This document shows, piece by piece, positions 1 through 7,425 of a DNA stretch of 26,435 nucleotides. The position numbers were made by a program, and so were the translations under genes. The notes beneath the pieces are model-generated. The model searched no databases. It had not been told where the DNA came from and saw nothing but the letters and a program-made list of their open reading frames with translations. The DNA is from a virus (taxonomy: Duplodnaviria; Caudoviricetes), in the IMG/VR virus record IMGVR_UViG_3300032560_000102, positions 1 to 26,435 of that record. One strand, written 5' to 3'. Position 1 is the stretch's first letter. Each line of letters begins with the position of its first letter.

Positions 1-506
1 GCCTGAGATGGTGTCAAGCCCGCAGCCTCAGGTTCTTTACCTAGTAACGGTCCAACAGGTTTTGAGAATTGTCCAGCAAGAATAGATTGCATATTCATGC
101 CTTTCATTCCGCCACCCCAGACCGCTGCGTCACCAGGGCGGGCTTCCCTTGGGGCTTCCGCTTGCGGGGTTGGGACTTGACGCTTGAGCTTGTCTTTGTC
201 AACTCCTTTTTTACGGGTTGCGAACTTTTCGGCATCTGCGTATTCTTTTTCGGTGAACTTGTTTTTCTTGGCGAGGAAGCCTTCTTGGTGCTCGCCTTCA
301 CGGGTGGTTTTGATGTCTGACATTCCGAACTCCATTGCGAGTTGCTTGGTGGACTTGTCCGTAAATCTTGTTTTGGCGCTGACCAAGTTAGGAGCTTGCA
401 AAAATACGACCATAACTTCTTCATTACATCCTTTCATGGGACATTTAGGAGTCCTCGATTCAAAATAACCGTGTTTAGCACAGTGAAAATCATTTACTAC
501 AGCCAT
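1..506 (-). CDS. Hypothetical protein with N-terminal zinc-ribbon-like motif, truncated at the left window edge (not in the ORF track)
   Basis: Manual translation from ATG 506: MAVVNDFHCAKHGYFESRTPKCPMKGCNEEVMVVFLQAP... open to position 1. AAGGGG SD upstream, 2 nt after the stop of the 509-919 ORF. CxxH and CxxxxC metal-ligand pattern. Confidence 0.75.
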   Translation of the reverse strand, partial: MAVVNDFHCAKHGYFESRTPKCPMKGCNEEVMVVFLQAPNLVSAKTRFTDKSTKQLAMEFGMSDIKTTREGEHQEGFLAKKNKFTEKEYADAEKFATRKKGVDKDKLKRQVPTPQAEAPREARPGDAAVWGGGMKGMNMQSILAGQFSKPVGPLLGKEPEAAGLTPSQ

Positions 507-508
507 TG

Positions 509-913
509 TTATATCCCCTTCAATTGCTCGTCAAGTGTTAAATCAGAATAATCATACTTCGGTTTGATACCCATATTAATCTTAATCTCCCCGTTAATCA
601 ATGTCAATTTACTGGATTTATGAAGTATGGGCTTGGCTTCTTTGCGATATTGAACAAATAATGAGGTGTCACGGTTCTGCATAATGGCTACTTCCCCATT
701 AATCCATTCTTGATAGGATTTTGACACCCTTCTTTGGACATATTCAGTCAATGGTTCACTCTCATTGATAAAAACATCCCGTATATGGGATGTAGATAAC
801 CCAGCAAGCTCTGCAAACAAAGGAATAGAGATTCCTCGGTTCTTATCCTTGAGAAATCTCTTAATAATCCTTCTAAGGTCAGTTCTACTGTGGATTACCA
901 GTGGCATTACCAT
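509..913 (-). CDS. Hypothetical protein with possible helix-turn-helix
   Basis: ISIPLFAELAGLSTSHIRDVF resembles an HTH. It overlaps the terminase 3' end. Start ambiguous (907/913/919). Confidence 0.6.
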   Translation of the reverse strand: MVMPLVIHSRTDLRRIIKRFLKDKNRGISIPLFAELAGLSTSHIRDVFINESEPLTEYVQRRVSKSYQEWINGEVAIMQNRDTSLFVQYRKEAKPILHKSSKLTLINGEIKINMGIKPKYDYSDLTLDEQLKGI

Positions 914-2666
914 AAACACCTATCCTTTTAAGGTAATCGGACACATTTCGACCTACAGTGAGCTGTTCAGGGGTGAAATCATCCTGTACACGGGATACTC
1001 TGCGAGTGAGCTTTTGATTTATCAATCTTGGCTGTACTTGTTCAGCATAAGCAGCGCAAGCTAGGGCTGTAGCGATCACACGGTCATCTTTGTTGCGACC
1101 AGATGCTTCAATTGAGCTGCCATCACGAATAGTGGTTTTCATTTCATCAATGGTATCCAAATCGTAGATGTCTAACATCCCACGCTCAAAGTAATCCTTC
1201 ATGTAGGTGAGCATCCTCTCTTTGGTAGCTGCCGTTGTCATCCAGCCAATCGAGTTAGACAAGCCACCCATCGTATCGTTCCTGCGCCAGATGTAGTTCT
1301 GCATATTGCCGTACACATCCATGAGGTCTTTACCCAAAGCTGTACCCATCGCAGCAGCTTGACGCTTGAGGTTGCGTAGTTCATTGATGACCGCCTGACC
1401 TGGACCATTGATCTCAAGGTTAAGAGTAGAGTTTTTGTAAGCGCCAGCAAGGTGGGCTATTACCCAGGCAAATTGGTAGGTGTTCATTTCAGAGGTGGCA
1501 AATGAAGCCACCTGCTCAAGCCCGTCTGCATATACCCGCAGCACCTGAATACAGAATCTATCAGCCCAGTCGCTAGATCCATAAGCAGGATCAGCACCGA
1601 TAACATAATAAGCAGTGTCCACAGGTTCTTCCCAAACCTTGAGCGTGGCAAGACGCTCAGTGGATTTAAGTACTTCCGTGTCTTGAAAGTTAACTCCAAA
1701 AGAATATCTATAGGACTCATAGGGTACTTTCTTTAGTTTTTTCATGGCATCCGTACATCTTGCATTAGAAAAGAAAGAAGTGCCAGTCATCACAAAGGCG
1801 TAGTCCTCAGTAGGCGGAAACTCTTGATACATGAGGGAGTCATCCTTAATACCCTCTAGCATCTTCCAGCGCCACCAGGCAATCTGACGGGAATTGATTT
1901 CAACACCGTAGAGCTTTTTGATGTCACGCACCCATTCTTTTTCTTCACCTGTGAGCTTGCCATCCCAATAGACTTTGTAAGTCTGACCTTCAGGATCTAG
2001 GGAATACAGTTCGTTACGCCACCAGCCACAAAAGATAGCCCGTTGAGTCCGAGCCTTCTTAGCAGTAGTGTACATTTCGTGAAACATATTAAAGCCCCGT
2101 GCTGTGGACTCAAAAGTGTACAGACGATCAGGGTTAGTTTCCGCAAGGGAAGCTAGCAAGGAAGCTAATCCTTCTTCATCTCCCCAGCTTGAGGTTTCCG
2201 TTCCATGAAGGTATGTAATAGCCTTACCACGACCCAGACTTCCTTTCGCTCTAAGCCCAGCGACTTGATAAAAGATACGGCTGCGGTTTTTGAGGGAAAG
2301 CTGATTTCGGTTGTGAGCAAGGATCGGGATTTTGAACTCTTTGGGCAAACCATCCATATACATGGCAAGGGTTGTTCGGAACATATCCCTATTTTCTTCC
2401 GTATCTGTTGTGAGTGTGCCTTGAAGCCCTGGGTGCATGAAGTGCCAGTAGAGGTCAAGTGCGAGGGAGATAGTCGTGATTCCAAGTTGCCTTCCTTTCA
2501 AGATAACAAAAAAGTGGATGTCCTCCTCCAAGCCCTTTGCGATTTCATTCATCACATAGGTTTGACTACCAAGAAGGTTATCCATCTTGCGTAAGCCTTG
2601 CTCTTTAGTTTCAATCTTGAGCTGCTTACAAAAGTAGTAAAAATGCTGGAGGTTAAATTTACTCAT
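885..2666 (-). CDS. terL: Terminase large subunit
   Basis: 593 aa. Walker A-like LKGRQLGITT, Walker B-like YLHGTE, FESTARG coupling motif, RNase H-like nuclease YVIGADPAYG, NLEING and C-terminal KDDRVIA. Confidence 0.93.
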   Translation of the reverse strand: MSKFNLQHFYYFCKQLKIETKEQGLRKMDNLLGSQTYVMNEIAKGLEEDIHFFVILKGRQLGITTISLALDLYWHFMHPGLQGTLTTDTEENRDMFRTTLAMYMDGLPKEFKIPILAHNRNQLSLKNRSRIFYQVAGLRAKGSLGRGKAITYLHGTETSSWGDEEGLASLLASLAETNPDRLYTFESTARGFNMFHEMYTTAKKARTQRAIFCGWWRNELYSLDPEGQTYKVYWDGKLTGEEKEWVRDIKKLYGVEINSRQIAWWRWKMLEGIKDDSLMYQEFPPTEDYAFVMTGTSFFSNARCTDAMKKLKKVPYESYRYSFGVNFQDTEVLKSTERLATLKVWEEPVDTAYYVIGADPAYGSSDWADRFCIQVLRVYADGLEQVASFATSEMNTYQFAWVIAHLAGAYKNSTLNLEINGPGQAVINELRNLKRQAAAMGTALGKDLMDVYGNMQNYIWRRNDTMGGLSNSIGWMTTAATKERMLTYMKDYFERGMLDIYDLDTIDEMKTTIRDGSSIEASGRNKDDRVIATALACAAYAEQVQPRLINQKLTRRVSRVQDDFTPEQLTVGRNVSDYLKRIGVYGNATGNPQ

Positions 2667-3375
2667 TGGTTAGCCAAGGTAATTTGTTGTTGTATTTCTC
2701 AAGCATGGTCTTATTCCCTTGTTCAAAGAAGTCACGACCTACTGAGTATTCGTTACCACCAAGCCTAAAACAAAAAGTGTTTTGTCCTGACCAAGCAAAG
2801 TTGGGATATACCTGAGTAGCTGCTGCGTAGAACTTTCGATCACCACCCCATCCTGGCTGAGAAAGAATAATGGCTAAAGTCTTGAGGCACTCCGTTTTCA
2901 TGCCCCACATACACCAATCCACAAAGCTATGACCTGGTGCGTTCCAGCAGTCGTGAAGGCTTCCAAGGGCTTCGCAGTTATCTTCGCAGATAAACCGCCC
3001 TTCCTTCTCGTACACAGAGCGTAGGCAATAGACCCAATCATAATCTTCTTCCATTTTGGTCATAATGGACTCTACATGATTAGGCTTGTACCAATCGTCA
3101 TCGTTGCAAAAGAAAGTCACATCTTCATTCACAAGAAAAGCACTTGCAGCATAAAGCCTTCTGCCTTCTACATCTTTGCCCCCGACCTTACCATCCCAAT
3201 AGCAGATCTTTAATTCTGGGTATAGCCTTCTTAGTTCTGCGTATTGATTAAAGCCTTCATCGCAAACAATGTAATGCACCACTGGATAAGTCTGGGCTTT
3301 TACACTAGCAATGCAGTTTGCTAACTCCCAGTGGCGCTTCCCGTTGGTAACTGTGACTACGGCTGCGGTTTTCAA
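2659..3375 (-). CDS. Glycosyltransferase family 2 (GT-A fold)
   Basis: N-terminal AVVTVT...CIASVKAQTY...YIVCDE, DxD-like FFCNDDDWY, and GGDRKF motif typical of GT2. Confidence 0.85.
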   Translation of the reverse strand: MKTAAVVTVTNGKRHWELANCIASVKAQTYPVVHYIVCDEGFNQYAELRRLYPELKICYWDGKVGGKDVEGRRLYAASAFLVNEDVTFFCNDDDWYKPNHVESIMTKMEEDYDWVYCLRSVYEKEGRFICEDNCEALGSLHDCWNAPGHSFVDWCMWGMKTECLKTLAIILSQPGWGGDRKFYAAATQVYPNFAWSGQNTFCFRLGGNEYSVGRDFFEQGNKTMLEKYNNKLPWLTNE

Positions 3376-3623
3376 TTGTGTTTACCTAGTTTTTTGATTT
3401 CAAAGTTAGGAAGATCCCAATACGCCACCTTAAGCCTAGCGGTGTGATTCCTGGCTAGGTCAATCAAGGCGGTATAGGTCATGGGGCTAAACCGTTCCTT
3501 CCATTCTTTTGCTAATGCGATCTTTTGCTTCTTGGTTTTGCAAGACAAGGCTCTCATCATTTCTGTCTTGTACATCTGGCGTTCTTCGCACAGGCGCTCC
3601 CAATCAGTGTACGCAATCACCAT
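3372..3623 (-). CDS. Hypothetical protein
   Basis: 83 aa ORF overlapping both neighbours in an operon-like arrangement. Confidence 0.65.
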   Translation of the reverse strand: MVIAYTDWERLCEERQMYKTEMMRALSCKTKKQKIALAKEWKERFSPMTYTALIDLARNHTARLKVAYWDLPNFEIKKLGKHN

Positions 3624-3834
3624 CTTCAGGCTCTAGCAGTTTCTTGAGATGCAAAATCTCCGCTTCAGCCATCATGAGCAGTTCAGAGGACTTGGCATGA
3701 ACACGCATCAACTCATGGAAGATGTCATCTTTAGTCATAGCCCATATTCTGGTCATGTATTCCTTCTTAGCAATGTCCCCAGCCTTCTCAATGTATTGCT
3801 GGACTGATACTGCATCTTTTATTCCGTTCTCCAT
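3604..3834 (-). CDS. Hypothetical helical protein
   Basis: 76 aa ORF, GAAGGA SD, overlapping neighbours. Confidence 0.65.
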   Translation of the reverse strand: MENGIKDAVSVQQYIEKAGDIAKKEYMTRIWAMTKDDIFHELMRVHAKSSELLMMAEAEILHLKKLLEPEDGDCVH

Positions 3835-4034
3835 ACTCTTATTCCTTCTCCGTCTTTTCTAGCAATAAACTTCCGATTCAATTGTTTGCCTGTTCTGTAG
3901 TTTGCATTACAGACAATTTGCAGCTTCCCCGCTGGTACAAAGAATGATTCACCGATCTCCATAATCCTATATGGGTACACATTGCGCTTTTTCTCAGGGG
4001 GTATGGGAATATTTTTTTCTACTTCAATAGTCAT
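3819..4034 (-). CDS. Small conserved phage putative DNA-binding protein
   Basis: Start revised to ATG 4034 (AAGGAG SD). MTIEVEKNIPIP...YPYRIMEIGESFFVP...GIRVWR is a pattern common in small phage proteins. Confidence 0.7.
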   Translation of the reverse strand: MTIEVEKNIPIPPEKKRNVYPYRIMEIGESFFVPAGKLQIVCNANYRTGKQLNRKFIARKDGEGIRVWRTE

Positions 4035-4058
4035 GCTATTCTCCTTATAACTTAACTC

Positions 4059-4088
4059 ATCATACACTACCATGATACACACATACAA
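4059..4088 (-). promoter_or_regulatory. Putative sigma70-like promoter for the leftward terminase operon
   Basis: Minus strand TTGTAT-18 nt-TATGAT upstream of the SD of the gene starting at 4034. It overlaps the start of the divergent + gene. Confidence 0.35.
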
Positions 4089-4797
4089 CGAATATCATCT
4101 AGGCGATAACCTTATTCATCTGAACTATTTGCGTAAGGTTTGTGAGCAAGATAGTGACATGGACTTTGTTCACCATTGCCATCCGCAGTACCATAGCCAG
4201 CTACAACCCTTGTGTGAGGGCGTAAGCATCCTCTTAGCAGATCTATCCATCCCACCAGGCTCTATTAACGCTTGGATTGGCAGGGACAACTACTTTCACA
4301 ACCACCCTCTTAGACGGCAGTGGGCGCAATTTCACATGGAATGGTTTGACCATCTATCAGACCTGTTAGAAGTTTCCTCGCCTATAGCTTGCAAGGAAGA
4401 TCTCTTGTTCGAGTATCCTGCTCTGAGAGAGCAGTCTAGGTATGAGTTTGACCTCCTAGTCATTAACTCTCCCCCACAGTCAGGGCAATTACCAGACTTT
4501 AATGCGGATTTCTTTAAAAAACGGGTCATGGAATTAACAAATGAGGGGTTAAAAGTCATTACTACCCATCCTACAGGCATCGTTCCTAGCACTCTTGAGA
4601 GCCATTACACGGTCACTGACATCGGTGTGCTTAGCAAAGGCGTGCAGTTAATCGAGGGTGTGGATACTGGTCCAATGTGGACTACCCACAATATCTTCAA
4701 TCAAGACAAGGTGTTATCACGCCTGATCTACACCAACGCCTCTGATTCATTCGATCTGTCAAAGAATGTCATCGTTAAGCAAAGTCTAAAAAACTAG
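4072..4797 (+). CDS. Glycosyltransferase family 9-like (GT-B) protein
   Basis: N-terminal HLGDNLI and C-terminal GVDTGPMW match the GT9 heptosyltransferase signatures (xLGD; GxDSGxxH). Confidence 0.6.
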   Translation: MIHTYNEYHLGDNLIHLNYLRKVCEQDSDMDFVHHCHPQYHSQLQPLCEGVSILLADLSIPPGSINAWIGRDNYFHNHPLRRQWAQFHMEWFDHLSDLLEVSSPIACKEDLLFEYPALREQSRYEFDLLVINSPPQSGQLPDFNADFFKKRVMELTNEGLKVITTHPTGIVPSTLESHYTVTDIGVLSKGVQLIEGVDTGPMWTTHNIFNQDKVLSRLIYTNASDSFDLSKNVIVKQSLKN

Positions 4798-5079
4798 AAT
4801 TTTTTTTGGGGTGGAATGGGAGAGGGGTACGCTCTCCATCAAGTCCAGTCCCATTCACTTGGGCGGATTCAGTCAACGATCTAGCAACAATCAACGGGTA
4901 ACCATTACCAGTTACGCCTATAGATACTATATAAGGCATTGAGCTAGTGATGACAGGGATACCCTTTAGGAATTATGTAAAACAACAGAGTGCGGAGAGT
5001 AGTCTACCTTTCCAGGCTTCGGCATACCCAATCTCTTATCTATGTATCTATCTACTAACTTACATAATTACTATATAAA

Positions 5080-5140
5080 TATAGAAACTATAGAAGCCTA
5101 TGAAGTATAGAAAATAGACTATAGACCTATAGATTATAGA
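5080..5140. repeat. AT-rich cluster of six TATAGA repeats
   Basis: TATAGA at 5080, 5089, 5106, 5120, 5128 and 5135, plus one at 4919, within a 490 bp non-coding gap. Confidence 0.8.
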
Positions 5141-5214
5141 AGATAGACTATCACCTGGATCATAGCATAAGACTATTGGAAATAAAACAACAATTAAAAA
5201 ATACAATGGTATAG

Positions 5215-5237
5215 TATAATCATTCTATGCTTATAAT
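5215..5237 (+). promoter_or_regulatory. Putative early promoter region (two TATAAT boxes)
   Basis: TATAAT at 5215-5220 and 5232-5237 with A-tracts upstream. No good -35 box. Confidence 0.4.
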
Positions 5238-5260
5238 CATACCTATGAGAGCTAATCTCA

Positions 5261-5270
5261 TAACCTAACT
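5261..5270 (+). promoter_or_regulatory. TAACCTAACT leader motif, copy 1
   Basis: Directly after the hairpin ATGAGA-GCTAA-TCTCAT and before the GAGGA SD of ardC. Confidence 0.65.
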
Positions 5271-5286
5271 ACTAAGAGGATCTACC

Positions 5287-6165
5287 ATGACTACAGCACA
5301 AGTAAACCGCATTAGCGTATATGACAGCGTTACCAACAATATCATCGCTAAATTAGAGGCAGGGATCACGCCTTGGATTAAACCCTGGAAATCAGGCAGC
5401 GTAGGCGGAGCTGATCGCAATATCGTATCTAAAAAAGAGTATTCAGGCGTTAACCGTTTAATTCTAGGTATGTCAGGTTACAGCTCACCTATCTGGGGAT
5501 CATTCAAGCAATGGCAGGAAATGGGCGGGAATGTGCGCAAGGGCGAAAAGGGTACGCAAGTAGTATTTTATTCTCAGGTTACTAAGAGCGAGATTAAGCC
5601 TACTGATCTAAACCCTGATAAATCTACTTATGCCTTGCTGAAGTCTTACTATGTTTTCAATTCAGATCAGATTGAGGGATTAGAGATCACTAAACCTGAG
5701 CCTGTCATCGCTACCTTTAATCCAGTACCCGCCTTAGATGATCGCATTATTAAGACTGGCGCTCAGATCTCGCACGGTGGTGGTAGGGCATTTTATAGAC
5801 CTAGTTCAGATAGCATCACAATTCCTGATCGCTCTACTTTTTTAAGTGAGAGCCACTACTATGCCACTGTATTGCATGAGCTGACTCACTGGTCAGGCGC
5901 TGAGCATCGTTTAGATCGTACAAAAGGCAAACGCTTTGCTGATAGTGCTTACGCTTTTGAGGAATTAGTAGCGGAAATGGGCGCTGCATTTTTATGCGCT
6001 GATTATGGTATTGAAGGTGAGCTGCAGCACGCTGACTACATCGGCAATTGGCTACAGTGCCTTAAAAATGACAATAAGGCGATATTTAACGCTGCAGCAC
6101 TGGCACAAAAGGCAGCCGATTACATCAACAATTTAGATGCAATAACTAACCAAGCAGCAGCCTAA
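5287..6165 (+). CDS. ardC: ArdC-family antirestriction ssDNA-binding protein with zincin-like C-terminal domain
   Basis: PWIKPW, YSGVNRLIL, WGSFKQW..GGNVRKGEKG, YYVFNSDQ, HELTHW metal motif and YAFEELVAE. Confidence 0.92.
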   Translation: MTTAQVNRISVYDSVTNNIIAKLEAGITPWIKPWKSGSVGGADRNIVSKKEYSGVNRLILGMSGYSSPIWGSFKQWQEMGGNVRKGEKGTQVVFYSQVTKSEIKPTDLNPDKSTYALLKSYYVFNSDQIEGLEITKPEPVIATFNPVPALDDRIIKTGAQISHGGGRAFYRPSSDSITIPDRSTFLSESHYYATVLHELTHWSGAEHRLDRTKGKRFADSAYAFEELVAEMGAAFLCADYGIEGELQHADYIGNWLQCLKNDNKAIFNAAALAQKAADYINNLDAITNQAAA

Positions 6166-6175
6166 ACAATGCCGT

Positions 6176-6226
6176 CTTATAGATCCTTGATACCAGGGAT
6201 CTATAGGGCTTGCATTGTGCAAGTCT
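6176..6226 (+). other. Two tandem intergenic RNA hairpins
   Basis: 14-bp stem CTTATAGATCCTTG/CAGGGATCTATAGG (6176-6207, two G-U pairs on +), then GGGCTTGCA-TTG-TGCAAGTCT. Confidence 0.65.
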
Positions 6227-6236
6227 TAACCTAACT
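6227..6236 (+). promoter_or_regulatory. TAACCTAACT leader motif, copy 2
   Basis: Exact copy after a hairpin, before the GGAGG SD and ATG 6249. Confidence 0.65.
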
Positions 6237-6248
6237 ATTGGAGGATTT

Positions 6249-6449
6249 ATGGATCAAGTAAGAGCCGATATAAAACTATCTACTGGCAGGATAGTAAAAC
6301 ATACTAGGCAGGAAAATGGATCACAACTTGCAACACCTACACCAGGATGCTATGAAATGACTAATCAGGAATGGATAGAGTATTGCAAGATCATTAACGG
6401 AGGTTACATACCACGCTATCCAATTCTAGGGGAGGATCTAACAGCATGA
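6249..6449 (+). CDS. Hypothetical protein
   Basis: Start revised to ATG 6249 (GGAGG SD): MDQVRADIKLSTGRIVKH... Confidence 0.7.
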   Translation: MDQVRADIKLSTGRIVKHTRQENGSQLATPTPGCYEMTNQEWIEYCKIINGGYIPRYPILGEDLTA

Positions 6450-6562
6450 GCGCTAGGGATAAATACAGCGCTTATCGTTACTTATGTGCTAAGCAAGGTA
6501 TCACAGCGCTAAGTTATAACGCCTGGCGATCTACAGTTAAACAGGGCAAATTGTGGCAATAG
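6446..6562 (+). CDS. Small hypothetical protein (38 aa, not in the ORF track)
   Basis: GGAGG SD and ATGA overlap. MSARDKYSAYRYLCAKQGITALSYNAWRSTVKQGKLWQ. Confidence 0.65.
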   Translation: MSARDKYSAYRYLCAKQGITALSYNAWRSTVKQGKLWQ

Positions 6563-6615
6563 AGCGCTTTACGGGTTTAGTGGTACTCAGGTATCACTTA
6601 CCCTGTGAAAACGCT
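6563..6615 (+). other. Long imperfect hairpin (processing site or terminator)
   Basis: AGCG..TTTAC-GGGT..AGTGGTAC-TCAG-GTATCACT..ACCC..GTGAA..CGCT. G-U pairs favour the + strand, and T-rich tracts follow. Confidence 0.55.
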
Positions 6616-6665
6616 GTAGCGTTTGTTTTAAAGTGTTTTAAAGGTATTTAATAGTTTTATCTTAC

Positions 6666-6675
6666 TAACCTAACT
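6666..6675 (+). promoter_or_regulatory. TAACCTAACT leader motif, copy 3
   Basis: Exact copy before the GAGGT SD and ATG 6692. Confidence 0.65.
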
Positions 6676-6691
6676 AATTTTCGAGGTATTT

Positions 6692-6850
6692 ATGAGAAAT
6701 AATGATATTTATACTATTCAACGCAAAATCTTTATAAAGAAGAAATATTCCCCCATGCGTGTGCAAGGGCTGATAAGTAAAGATCAGTTAATTGACTTAG
6801 TAGCTGTATTTGGTGGTTTGCTACTGGTTTGGCTACTGTTAGCATTGTGA
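6692..6850 (+). CDS. Small membrane protein (52 aa, not in the ORF track)
   Basis: GAGGT SD. MRNNDIYTIQRKIFIKKKYSPMRVQGLISKDQLIDLVAVFGGLLLVWLLLAL has a basic N-terminus and a C-terminal TM helix. Confidence 0.65.
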   Translation: MRNNDIYTIQRKIFIKKKYSPMRVQGLISKDQLIDLVAVFGGLLLVWLLLAL

Positions 6851-6851
6851 G

Positions 6852-7153
6852 AACCCCAAGACCCCATGAACCCCGAGAGAATAAGAACCTTACCCGCCTT
6901 ACGGTGGGGGATCTCTTTTCAGAGAGTGGTTATCGTTTATCTATGGCACTTAACTAAAGCGGTGCTGTCCAGTAACGGTCCGCCAGATGGTAGCTGCCTT
7001 GTTTATCCCTATCCATCACCACAATGTTTAGGAGGGCTGGGTTATAGCCCCGTAGTAGTTCGCTTTAATGGTGGTTTTAATGGTGAGTGGTCTTAAATCG
7101 TTATGGATGCCCCCATCGCATAACTAACCTAAAACCACCACTAAAACAAACTT
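6852..7153 (-). ncRNA. Candidate structured non-coding RNA, antisense to the early arm
   Basis: 23-bp stem 7130-7152/7057-7079, uninterrupted only on the minus strand (3 G-U pairs). Further hairpins at 7100-7124, 7034-7050, 6913-6924 (GAAA loop) and 6893-6908 (GUAA loop). A promoter lies directly upstream. 3' end uncertain. Confidence 0.6.
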
Positions 7154-7159
7154 AATCGG

Positions 7160-7188
7160 ATTAGATCATACTTTTTAAAGGAGTGCAA
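7160..7188 (-). promoter_or_regulatory. Putative leftward sigma70-like promoter
   Basis: Minus strand TTGCAC-17 nt-TCTAAT with a TGn extension. Predicted +1 at about 7152-7153, the first base of the long stem. Confidence 0.5.
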
Positions 7189-7192
7189 CAAA

Positions 7193-7351
7193 ATGAACAA
7201 AGCAGATAAAGATGCGCAGAAGTGGCAAGAGATGAACCAAGCAGCTCAGTACCGAGAATGGATCAGAGCAACAGAAACAGGTACGCCTTATTACATCAAT
7301 CCCCAAGGCGATGTAGTGACCGAAGATAAAAAAACAACACCTAACAAATAA
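7193..7351 (+). CDS. Hypothetical protein (52 aa, not in the ORF track)
   Basis: AAGGAG SD. MNKADKDAQKWQEMNQAAQYREWIRATETGTPYYINPQGDVVTEDKKTTPNK. Confidence 0.7.
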   Translation: MNKADKDAQKWQEMNQAAQYREWIRATETGTPYYINPQGDVVTEDKKTTPNK

Positions 7352-7352
7352 A

Positions 7353-7381
7353 TTGCACTAATCGTAGTAATGTAGTAATGT
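7353..7381 (+). promoter_or_regulatory. Putative rightward promoter for the recombination operon
   Basis: TTGCAC-17 nt-TAATGT, with the same -35 hexamer as the leftward promoter at 7183-7188. Confidence 0.45.
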
Positions 7382-7425
7382 TCTAACTGTAGTACATCAA
7401 AGCCTAACTATATAAAGGAAATATC

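Noticed and set aside
69-468. ORF-track calls 104-424 (-), 69-320 (+) and 184-468 (+)
   Set aside because: Shadow frames of the better-supported gene starting at 506 (-), which has an SD and a metal-binding motif.
43-6981. Repeat AGTAACGGTCC at 43-53 and 6971-6981
   Set aside because: A single 11-mer match is expected by chance in 26 kb, and one copy is coding.
6866-7096. 76-aa + strand ORF across the structured region
   Set aside because: No SD, no protein-like motif, and it lies over sequence better explained by RNA structure. Not fully excluded.
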